A stretch of DNA of 64,000 nucleotides from Cenarchaeum sp. (lineage in GTDB: Archaea > Thermoproteota > Nitrososphaeria > Nitrososphaerales > Nitrosopumilaceae): the NCBI GenBank assembly GCA_965212015.1, contig OZ243037.1:1664001-1728000 (forward strand). Reading direction: 5' to 3'. How positions within the stretch are numbered: the first letter of the stretch is position 1; every line of letters starts with the position of its first letter. The notes beneath the pieces are model-generated. The model searched no databases. It was not told the origin of the DNA and saw only the letters and a list, made by a program, of their open reading frames with translations. The position numbers and the translations under genes were made by a program. This document shows positions 55,714 to 64,000 of the stretch, one piece after another.

Positions 55714-55936
55714 GTGTGTGGTGTGGCAGAACAAATATTTAATTTTAAGGCATCGTCCCGTATGGTCGCAGCATCCCCGTGACTGGTCTGCACATGCCGC
55801 AGTCCTGATGCGGGGCTGCGATTATTAGCCGCACAGGCAGCACGGCACATGTGGATGTAATGGCGGCCAGATGCCGGCCTGCGCTGCATGCTTCAAGACC
55901 ACAACAGGCATTAATGGCAAGAAACCACCACGTCTT

Positions 55937-57028
55937 ATGAGCGGGCCCACTGCCGAAGAGATTATCGGAATCGTCTCCTCCCAGTTTGAGGTGCACGCCA
56001 TTGGAAAAAGTCCGGATCTGATCCAGTTCAAGATTGCCTCAGACGGCGTAAAGTCAAAGTTTGTAAAGCTCGCGCAGGGACTGGAGGATCACGACCTGGT
56101 CTGCACCCTGGAGAGGCTTCCAGACGGGCTTTACGTGTCGGTACGGCGCTTTATACCTAAAAAGCAAAAATGGCTCTCAAAATCCTGGATGCCGCGGTTG
56201 CTCTTTGCAATAGTGGTCGCCTTTGTAATGGTGGACGGATACTATAGGACGCTTGGGGTAAACGGGATAATACACATCGGCGACCCGCTAGAGATTGCCG
56301 CAATCTATACCCTGTCGCTGCTAGGGATACTCGGAATCCACGAGTCCGGGCACCTTGTCGCATCAAAATGGCACAAGCTAAAGACTACGTGGCCCTACTT
56401 TATTCCGGGAATCCCCGTGTACGGGATTCCGACCTTTGGCGCCTTTATCAGGTCGCGAAGCCTGACTATCAACAGGGAGATACTCTTTGACATAGCCATT
56501 GCCGGCCCGATTGCGGGGCTGGTAATCACGATTCTGGTGTCAGTTTACGGCGCATACACTGCGCCGGTAATCCCGCCGGAGCTCACAGAGCAGCTCTACC
56601 AGGAGAACAGGCTTACTGAGTGGAGCCAGGGCGAGCCGCTGTTAATGACTGCCACGCTGGCGCTATTTGGCAAGGGTGGGCAGGGCGGCGAGGTGCTGCT
56701 TACGCCGGTCCTGTTTGCCGCGTGGATTGGGTATTTGATCACCTTTCTGAACCTGCTGCCTGCGTGGCAGCTCGACGGGGGACACATGGCGCGCACGCTC
56801 TTTGGCGCAAAATGGCACAAATACGCCACGTATGCTAGCATGGGCGTGCTGGTGCTTTTGGGATACTGGATAATGGCAATGTTCATCCTGGTCCTGAGCT
56901 CGCGAAACACTGCGGCAAACCCGCTGGATGACGTCACCGAGCTTCCAAGGAACAGAAAGCTGGCCTATATAGCGGTGATTGCGCTTGCCGTTCTGTGCGC
57001 CCCGCTGCCGTCGTCGTTTCTAGCGTAA
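55937..57028 (+). CDS. Site-2 protease (M50)
   Basis: HESGH, PTFGA, AGPIAG, NLLPAWQLDGGH. Confidence 0.93.
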   Translation: MSGPTAEEIIGIVSSQFEVHAIGKSPDLIQFKIASDGVKSKFVKLAQGLEDHDLVCTLERLPDGLYVSVRRFIPKKQKWLSKSWMPRLLFAIVVAFVMVDGYYRTLGVNGIIHIGDPLEIAAIYTLSLLGILGIHESGHLVASKWHKLKTTWPYFIPGIPVYGIPTFGAFIRSRSLTINREILFDIAIAGPIAGLVITILVSVYGAYTAPVIPPELTEQLYQENRLTEWSQGEPLLMTATLALFGKGGQGGEVLLTPVLFAAWIGYLITFLNLLPAWQLDGGHMARTLFGAKWHKYATYASMGVLVLLGYWIMAMFILVLSSRNTAANPLDDVTELPRNRKLAYIAVIALAVLCAPLPSSFLA

Positions 57029-58096
57029 GAGCACGCGCGAGCCGTCCTCGACTAGCGTGATCTTTTGCCTGGCGCCCTGCGTCTTTAGGATATAGTCCAT
57101 TACGAGCTTTGCGCCGTTCAGCGAGATCATGCCCAGCTTTTTGACGTAAAACTCTGGAAGGATGGAGACCAGGCCTATCTGGAGCGTCTTTTGAACCTCT
57201 GTCAGAAACAGCAGATCCTCCATTCCGCCGACGTACTTTGACGGGTTCTTGAGCCGCTCCGGCGTCATTCTGCCCTCTATGAACTGCTGTACCGCATCAG
57301 AGCCGACGCCGAACTTGGATTCTGCAAGCAGCACCGCAAGTCCGTCCCTTCCCACCGCCGGACTGCAGCTCCAGAGCGAGTTGAGCGCCTTTCCAAGCGT
57401 TCCGTTGCTGGAATGTTTTCCGGTGCTGATTATCACGGACTTGTGCACACCTGCGTCCTTTACTGCCATGGCCTCAAAGGACTTTGAGGGGTCCGACTTT
57501 GAGGGGTGGCCCACCTCAAAGTCGACTATGCCCTCGCTGCTTGCCACAATGTCTATTGCCTGTATCTCAAACTTGTCTGCAAACGCCCTTGCCTCGCCGG
57601 CGCTCTGGGTTATCTGGCCCGGAGCAGGACTGTTGCCTGCGCGCTTTGCGTATGCAGACAGCATGTGCTCCTGGCCGAATCTGCGCAGCAGCCTGGTTGC
57701 GACAGTCTCGTATCCGAACAATCCGTCAAGCTCAGTCTCTGCTATAAAGACCAGCCTGGAATCCGGCATCTCGTCTCCAAACTCGCTGACTATACCCCCC
57801 TCCGGAAGCGAGGCCTTTACGACGTTTACGGTCCTCCTGTCTGCCAGGATTTTGGGCGTCGGAAGCGACTTTTGGCCGCACAGGGAAAATATGGCCTCGA
57901 CTATCCCGCGTACCGCATTAGAGCTGTCAAGTATCACCAGCTCGAATGGCTTTTTCAGATCAAGTGCGCCGAGCTTTTCGGCGACTGCCTTGCCGTCTAG
58001 CGGCGATCCGGTGGAGCGTATGCTCTGGTTATAGTTTTCTGCCTGCACGTCAAAGACGACGTCGGTTGCTCCATAGTTGAGCCAGATTTCGGGCAT
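57020..58096 (-). CDS. LarA (lactate racemase)-like fold protein, probably degenerate
   Basis: MPEIWLNYG start; VIISTG...TLGKAL and LLAESKFGVG resemble LarA C-terminal motifs. Confidence 0.6.
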   Translation of the reverse strand: MPEIWLNYGATDVVFDVQAENYNQSIRSTGSPLDGKAVAEKLGALDLKKPFELVILDSSNAVRGIVEAIFSLCGQKSLPTPKILADRRTVNVVKASLPEGGIVSEFGDEMPDSRLVFIAETELDGLFGYETVATRLLRRFGQEHMLSAYAKRAGNSPAPGQITQSAGEARAFADKFEIQAIDIVASSEGIVDFEVGHPSKSDPSKSFEAMAVKDAGVHKSVIISTGKHSSNGTLGKALNSLWSCSPAVGRDGLAVLLAESKFGVGSDAVQQFIEGRMTPERLKNPSKYVGGMEDLLFLTEVQKTLQIGLVSILPEFYVKKLGMISLNGAKLVMDYILKTQGARQKITLVEDGSRVLLR

Positions 58097-58286
58097 ACGG
58101 TGTCAGGGATGCGAGATCAAATAAACCCAACACAGTCAATTTTGGTGTATTGTTTGTAAAAGAATTTGCGGCGTTTATGTGCGCCAGCTGGGCACGATTG
58201 GAGCGGCGGCTCAGACAAATGCCTTTACATCATTTTTCAGGTATAACTCTGATTCTTCATTGCAGCCATGGCAAGCTAGTCGCGCA

Positions 58287-58700
58287 TCATTTTAAAACTA
58301 GCGCAGTCCGGAGTAATGGGCGTGATTTGGGCGCGGCCCGCGCCGGTCTTTTCGGCACATGATCGCACGGGGACCTGCGGGAATGTCTGACTCGCCATCT
58401 CTGGGTTTTCCTCGTCCCTGTCAGATGCCTTTTATGCGCCTTTGCCTTTTTTTTATAGTTTTTCTCCTGCCACGCCCGCTGGTATTTCCGGATCTTTTTC
58501 CACGCCTCCGGCCCCTGCTGGTATTCCCGCTGATACTCTCTCAGCCGTTTTCTTGCCTCCGGCCCCTGATTGTATTCCCTGCGTTGTTTCCCGAGTCTTT
58601 GCAGTCAGGCTAGATTTTTTTCCTTGCCTTTCTGATGGTATTCCCTCTGCCGTCTTGGTCTTTCCAGTCTTTTTCTGGCAGATTCCCCGGGTTTTGCCAA
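58287..58700 (-). pseudogene. Basic repeat-protein gene with an in-frame TGA
   Basis: TTG start MAKPGESARKRL...; TGA at 58605-58607; 17-aa repeats REYNQGPEARKRLREYQ and REYQQGPEAWKKIRKYQ. Confidence 0.55.
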
Positions 58701-58947
58701 TACGGGATATATCCTGTTTGGGAATTATTATGGGTTGTGACGTTTTCGGCGTGTCATTCAGGCATGGTTCGATCAGGAGTAATAATGGTCCAGTCAGTCC
58801 ATAGTCTTTTCAGGAATCCGCACACGCCGGTGATTCTGATCAGAGGCCAATAGTTTGTTTCTCAAGACGTCTTCTTTACGCCATTCTTTTCATCAGAGTT
58901 CAATCTGCACCGATAGGATATCCCGCATGCGGATGATACAGATTGGA

Positions 58948-60297
58948 TCACTGCCCGGAAATTGTCACATTAGCTGCGATCAGATAATAGTCGCCTGAAA
59001 ATATCCTGTATTGATCGGGGGGTACAGACTGATTCCAGTAATTGGTCTGGTTCCAGACAAAGGACATCTCTTGGCCCGGATGCAGATATGTTATTTTTGT
59101 GTCTCTGGAAAACTCGTATAGCGGGTGCCAATCCTGATTAGCTATTGTTGCACTCAATGAGGCAGTCTGAAATCTCAGTTTTGAGTCGCCGGAATTGACA
59201 ATGCGGAACTTTACATCCTCGCCCACACCATAGTCGGTTTTTTCTACAATTATCAGTAACGGATGGTCATCTAGTGCAAATTCCTTCTGATAATCCTCTC
59301 CTGTCCACCAGGAACCCACGGGAAATGCCCCAGCAGGCGTCAGATCCAACTGTCTCATACAGTCGTATTTGTGTGCTGATCCGCACTCTGCATTTTTTGT
59401 CTGTTCATATGTGTCTATGTGTATGCATTCATACTTGCCTGTAAACGGGCTTTTTTGCAGCTGAAATTTATAATCTATGTATTCATGAAATCTATATTCC
59501 TCACATTGAAAAGCAGTGACTTTCCCATCATGGTGGTTAAAGACGCATTCATCCTCGACGCATCCCTCAAAAGGTTCAAAATTCCAATCTATCATACGAT
59601 GCTGTAGGTAGCCGCAATAAACATCCTTGTTGTCTCCTATATCCAGGCATCCCCACCAGTGCCATTCGGGTTCATAATCGGTAAGACAATAGCCTGTGAG
59701 AAAACCCAGCTCGTTGAATCTTTCTGTGGCATTTGTAATATCGTTCATCTGCTGGTATCTTGACCACCACTGCTGGCAGTCCTCCACATGTACAGAAATG
59801 TTTTCATAAAGATCGCACTTCAAGTCGGAATATTGTATGGGTCCAATAAACGAATAGCTGCTAATGGGAAAATTATACAATTCAAGGTATCCATGTATGT
59901 ATTTTTCCATGCATTCGGAGGCAGTTCTGGGCCTAATGTCGTAATCAAGACATGAATCCAGCGGTACTCTAATAGCACATCGATCCAATGATGATTTGTT
60001 CAAGCCGCACGATGGATTATCATCATATGCTGCCGTCTTTGAAGCGCATACGTCACCCCATCCCGCTCCAAGGCCTGCCCAGCCCCTCTCAACTAGCGGC
60101 TTTACTGATGACTCAAAGACGCATATTGTTCTGCCATCTGATGCCCGATATAGTGTGATGTGCTCGTCACATTGAATGGCATCGGCATTTGCAAATATCA
60201 TGAATGAAAGGATGATCGGGGCAAGGAGAAATGTTTTCTTGTATTCCAGATGGTATTTTCTGAGCCTTTCTCTGACAGATTCCTTGGGTTTTGCCAA
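58948..60297 (-). CDS. Cys/Trp-rich secreted protein with C-terminal Ig-like (BsuPI-like) domain
   Basis: Signal helix; C-x15-CV...LVERGW module; more than 20 Cys; YGVGEDV.F...LHPGQE...WNQ. Confidence 0.7.
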   Translation of the reverse strand: MAKPKESVRERLRKYHLEYKKTFLLAPIILSFMIFANADAIQCDEHITLYRASDGRTICVFESSVKPLVERGWAGLGAGWGDVCASKTAAYDDNPSCGLNKSSLDRCAIRVPLDSCLDYDIRPRTASECMEKYIHGYLELYNFPISSYSFIGPIQYSDLKCDLYENISVHVEDCQQWWSRYQQMNDITNATERFNELGFLTGYCLTDYEPEWHWWGCLDIGDNKDVYCGYLQHRMIDWNFEPFEGCVEDECVFNHHDGKVTAFQCEEYRFHEYIDYKFQLQKSPFTGKYECIHIDTYEQTKNAECGSAHKYDCMRQLDLTPAGAFPVGSWWTGEDYQKEFALDDHPLLIIVEKTDYGVGEDVKFRIVNSGDSKLRFQTASLSATIANQDWHPLYEFSRDTKITYLHPGQEMSFVWNQTNYWNQSVPPDQYRIFSGDYYLIAANVTISGQ

Positions 60298-60935
60298 TAT
60301 GAAATGTCTTTTTTGGGAATTATTATGGGTTGTTCTTTAAATTCAGAGATTTACTCGTGTAGAAAAGCACGACTGTGTTGGGAATTCCCACATAATCCTG
60401 TCACAGGGCAAATATGGCCACAGGATCTATTTTTTCTTTAATTGGATTTGATTTCGGCAAAACCATTAGAACGCGGATTTATGCCGATTTTATACATGTG
60501 TTTTGTAGTATTGTACAACAAGAATTAATCCGAAATAGGATAAAAAATAAGATGGTTGGCGATCATCTAGTTGTTGTCTCTGCCGCCACCGGATGGCTTG
60601 CCTGGATTTTTGCTGGGCCAGCCGCCGCCCTTGCCTTTTGAGGTGATTTTCATGCCAAACATGCTGTCTAAAATTATTAAAGCCTTTCTTATGATTTGTA
60701 CATGTGTACAATCCTGAAAACCACTGCTTTTTTGATGCCATAAAACTGCCACGTATTTGCCGGGCATCCCTGCCGTCGTCTCTTGCATGCCGGGCCCGGA
60801 AAATGCGGCCCTGTAGGCATTTCTGGCACGGCCAGAACAGGGAAGCCAGGCCCGGGGTTTTAAAATCTTGTCCAATGGTGTAAAAATCCGCCGCATTTAC
60901 TATTTATTGCAGCAGTATGGAGTTTCAAGCCGGAA

Positions 60936-61292
60936 ATGAAGCGAAAAAAGATCGACGTCCACTGGCTGAACAGGCTGAGGGGAACCCCGGTTAACACCAA
61001 AATCCGGATCTGCATAGACTGCGGGGACGCAAAGATCTCGATTACCGAAAAGACCATAACGTGCAAGAACTGCGGCACGACCCACAAGCGCAAAGAGTTT
61101 TCCAACTTTGAGTTCCAGCCCGGCGACAGGGTGAGGATTGCAGACTCTGACAGGGGCGCCAACCTGATATACAAGATACAAAAGCTCCGCCAGGACTCCG
61201 ACGGCGTAATGCACTATATCCTAAAGTCAAAGTCAAGCCCGATTACCCTGTTTTACCACGAAAACCCAGAGTCCCATCTGGAGCGGGCCTAG
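60936..61292 (+). CDS. Zinc-ribbon protein with SH3-like C-terminus
   Basis: CIDC...CKNC; FQPGDRVRI. Confidence 0.65.
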   Translation: MKRKKIDVHWLNRLRGTPVNTKIRICIDCGDAKISITEKTITCKNCGTTHKRKEFSNFEFQPGDRVRIADSDRGANLIYKIQKLRQDSDGVMHYILKSKSSPITLFYHENPESHLERA

Positions 61293-63613
61293 TCCACGTG
61301 CGGCCTCAGATTGTGCATGGAATCAAGATCCCCTTTGAACGCGGCAAGCTCCTCTGGAACCGCAATGTCTATGGGATCCTTGAGCGAGAGGCCCCTGGAT
61401 TTTTTTTCATTCCATACCATAGAGTTGAATGCCGTAATCCGGCCCGTGAGCGGTATAGTATCGGCGGCCGGCCCGGCCTCTGCCTGCCTCTGTACGTGTA
61501 TGCTCTCGTCTGAGTACATGGTCTGCCAGAGATAATCCGTTATGAACGGGGTTATGGGTGCCAGCAGCTTTAGTACAGTCGCAAGCGTCCTGTGGAGCGT
61601 ATACACCGCCGAATCCCTCTCCTTTTTTGAGAATCCTTCGCCGTTTGCCCTGGACTTTACCATCTCGATATAGTGGGCGGCAAACAGATTCCACGTAAAC
61701 TCTCTTACCGCAATGGCGGGGATGAAAAAGTTGTACTGGTCATAGCCCTTTTTGCACTCTGCTACCAGACAGTCAAGCTCCGATAGTATCCATCTGTCAG
61801 TGTCGGTGGGCTCTGCTGATTCCACCGCCTCAAAGCCAGAGATGAACCTAGAGACGTTCCACAGCTTGCTGAGGAATTTTTTTGTCGACTGGATTTTCTG
61901 CTCATTACATCTAAAGTCGTACCCGTGGTTGACCTCGCTTGCGCTCCAGAACCTGAACGTGTCTGCGCCTATACTGTGTATGACGGGAAGCGGATCTATT
62001 GCGTTCCCCTTGCTCTTGCTCATCTTCATGCCGCGCTCGTCCAGGCCATAGCCCATTATCCACGCCTCGGACCACGGCACCTCGCCGGTGAGCTGATCGC
62101 AGCGCAGGAGCGTATAGTACAGCCACGTCCTTACAATGTCCTTTGACTGGGGCCTGATTGCAACAGGATACGTCCTTTTGAAAAACCCGTCGTCGCTCTG
62201 GTATTTCGTAATGAACAGCGGCGAGACACTCGAGTCCATCCACGTGTCAAATATCCTCTGCTCGCCTTCAAACTCTGTTGCGCCGCATTTTGTGCACGCC
62301 CTTATGGGACACGCATCCTTCCACGGCCTATAGTATGCTCCCGGCTCGGGAACGTGCGGCTCTGTGCAGGCCTTGCAGTGCCATATGGGAATCTCTGTCC
62401 CGTAATACCTGCGCCTTGAGATCGGCCAGTCTATCGTGATTGAGTCAAGCCAGTTCAGGAGTATTTGCCTGTGCATGGGCGGATAAAACGTGATACTTGA
62501 GCTGATCTTTTTTATCCTCGCCACTGCGTCTGTCTGTTTTAGATAGTACTCCTCCATGGGTATTATCTCAATTGGAATCCTGCTTCTCTCCGAGACCGGC
62601 GTCCTGTGGGTAATGTCCTCCGTCTTTTCCACATGCCCGCCGTCTTGCAGGTCTTTTATGATCCTTGTGCGCGCCTGCTTTGGCCTCAGTCCGGCATAGT
62701 CCCCCGCCACTTTTGTCATCTTGCCGTCCGTGCCGATTGCCACAGTCTCCTCAAGGCCCAGCTCCCTGAAGAGTATCACGTCGTTTTGATCCCCATAGCT
62801 GCACACCATTACCGCACCGGAGCCGAACTCTTTTTGTGCCAGGCGGTGGGTCCTTACCTCTATTGCGTTTCCAAATATCGGCACGGTCGCCTTTTTGCCC
62901 ACAATCTGCGTGTATCTTTGGTCGTCCTCGTTGACGATTATCGCCCTGCAGGCGCAGAGCAGCTCGGGCCTCGTGCTTGCAATGACTATGTGGCCGCCAG
63001 AGTCGAGCTGAAAGCTAATGTGTACAAGCTTTGTCTGAATGTCCTCGTATGTAATCTCGGCGTCGGCTATCGTGGTGCCAGACACCCAGTCATAGCTGTT
63101 GGGCCTCGTATCGAGATAGACCAGCCCCTTTTTCCACAGCTCGATGAACGTCGACTGTGTCAGGGCGCGGTACCGTGCAGAATCCGTCCTATAGTGCCCG
63201 TCAATCTCGCCGCTGACTCCCAGGCCCCGTATTATCTGGATCATCTCCTCTTCTAGCTCATCGAGCGTCTTTTTGCACAGCGCAAGAAATTCCTCTCTGT
63301 CCGTCTCGTTCATGCGAATATTGTGCTTTTTTTCAGTATACAGCTCTACTGGGAGGCCGTTGCGGTCTATGCCTATGGGAAAATGGACGTTTTTGCCCCT
63401 CATCCTTGCGGTCCTTGCAATCATGTCGATCTGCGAATAGTGGGCCGCAGCTCCGATGTGCCACGGCCTTCCGGACGGGTACGGAGGGGGGGTGTCTATG
63501 GTATAGTTGTCCGCACCCGGCACAAACTCGTACATGCCGGATTCCTGCCATCTCTTCCGGACCTGTTCCTCTATCTCCGGATTCCACGTCTTTTCTCGTA
63601 TCTTTGGTTCCAT
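61289..63613 (-). CDS. valS: Valine--tRNA ligase
   Basis: DTPPPYPSG, HIGA (HIGH variant), DWPISR, DTWMDSS, KMSKS. Confidence 0.97.
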   Translation of the reverse strand: MEPKIREKTWNPEIEEQVRKRWQESGMYEFVPGADNYTIDTPPPYPSGRPWHIGAAAHYSQIDMIARTARMRGKNVHFPIGIDRNGLPVELYTEKKHNIRMNETDREEFLALCKKTLDELEEEMIQIIRGLGVSGEIDGHYRTDSARYRALTQSTFIELWKKGLVYLDTRPNSYDWVSGTTIADAEITYEDIQTKLVHISFQLDSGGHIVIASTRPELLCACRAIIVNEDDQRYTQIVGKKATVPIFGNAIEVRTHRLAQKEFGSGAVMVCSYGDQNDVILFRELGLEETVAIGTDGKMTKVAGDYAGLRPKQARTRIIKDLQDGGHVEKTEDITHRTPVSERSRIPIEIIPMEEYYLKQTDAVARIKKISSSITFYPPMHRQILLNWLDSITIDWPISRRRYYGTEIPIWHCKACTEPHVPEPGAYYRPWKDACPIRACTKCGATEFEGEQRIFDTWMDSSVSPLFITKYQSDDGFFKRTYPVAIRPQSKDIVRTWLYYTLLRCDQLTGEVPWSEAWIMGYGLDERGMKMSKSKGNAIDPLPVIHSIGADTFRFWSASEVNHGYDFRCNEQKIQSTKKFLSKLWNVSRFISGFEAVESAEPTDTDRWILSELDCLVAECKKGYDQYNFFIPAIAVREFTWNLFAAHYIEMVKSRANGEGFSKKERDSAVYTLHRTLATVLKLLAPITPFITDYLWQTMYSDESIHVQRQAEAGPAADTIPLTGRITAFNSMVWNEKKSRGLSLKDPIDIAVPEELAAFKGDLDSMHNLRPHVD

Positions 63614-63616
63614 TTT

Positions 63617-64000
63617 CTATGTTCTTGAAATTCTTGAGATAATGTGCGAGCCCTTGTTGTAGCCCTCGTATATGTAGACTCCTACTGCCTCTATGTTTGC
63701 AGAAAGCTTGGGCTCTAGCACCTTGATTATTTCTGTAGAAAGGTTCTCGACTGTCGCCTCGCCTTGCAGCAGGTACGTGGTGTCGCTTGGAACATTGAGG
63801 TCAAATGCGCCCCTCGGGCCCTCAAAGGAGACGCGATAGCTGTCCGGCGTCTGCTCTATTACGTATCTCTCGTTGATAAAGAATTTGTGATCAAAGACTG
63901 ACATGACCTGCTTGATTATCTTTTTTGCCTCGCCAAAGTCTATCAAAAGATTGTCCTTCATCTGTCCTACCAGCTCTACCATTACAGACGACGTGTGCCC
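63617..64000 (-). CDS. queD: 6-carboxytetrahydropterin synthase/PTPS family, 5'-partial
   Basis: GHTSSVMVEL, IDFG..K, FDHKF, TVENLS, YEG. Confidence 0.85.
   Translation of the reverse strand, partial: GHTSSVMVELVGQMKDNLLIDFGEAKKIIKQVMSVFDHKFFINERYVIEQTPDSYRVSFEGPRGAFDLNVPSDTTYLLQGEATVENLSTEIIKVLEPKLSANIEAVGVYIYEGYNKGSHIISRISRT

Noticed and set aside
58605-58607. In-frame TGA as selenocysteine or recoding
   Set aside because: Low-complexity basic context with no redox motif or visible SECIS; a CGA-to-TGA nonsense mutation is simpler.
61289-63613. HIGA instead of HIGH in ValRS
   Set aside because: A tolerated variant of the class I motif; the rest of the enzyme is intact.

Overview
Archaeal chromosomal window, almost certainly ammonia-oxidising Nitrososphaerota of the Nitrosopumilaceae. 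The evidence is TBP, archaeal ATP-dependent ligase, tRNA splicing endonuclease, ABCE1, a transketolase-RPE fusion, ValRS and many short thaumarchaeal-type ORFs. The fairly GC-rich core and the TPR/RM-rich accessory content would fit a sponge-associated lineage (inference). Core genes are interrupted by AT-richer accessory blocks. (1) About 1.0-3.2 kb: a multi-wHTH/nucleotidyltransferase gene split at an A_AAA_AAC heptamer, with a 22-bp inverted repeat around its TATA box. (2) About 17.2-28.9 kb, between lig and a DUF47 gene: a defence island with a type IIG-like adenine MTase, a PLD-SNF2 helicase and a convergent type III RM system. The type III system has a split Res and an upstream (AGAC)10 microsatellite inside a frameshifted leader ORF. 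(3) About 31-42 kb: a minus-strand cassette of MORC-type GHKL ATPase fused to an AbiEi-like domain, an AbiEii-like toxin, a radical SAM enzyme, a GT2 and an SDR epimerase, followed by duplicated TPR genes, a catalytically dead IS5-like transposase, a HAD hydrolase and a mini-HNH. (4) Secreted proteins at 45-48 kb and 59-60 kb. The strongest candidate for an undescribed system is the MORC-AbiEi/AbiEii cassette with its linked radical SAM-GT2-SDR genes. All calls come from reading motifs by eye; no database searches were run.
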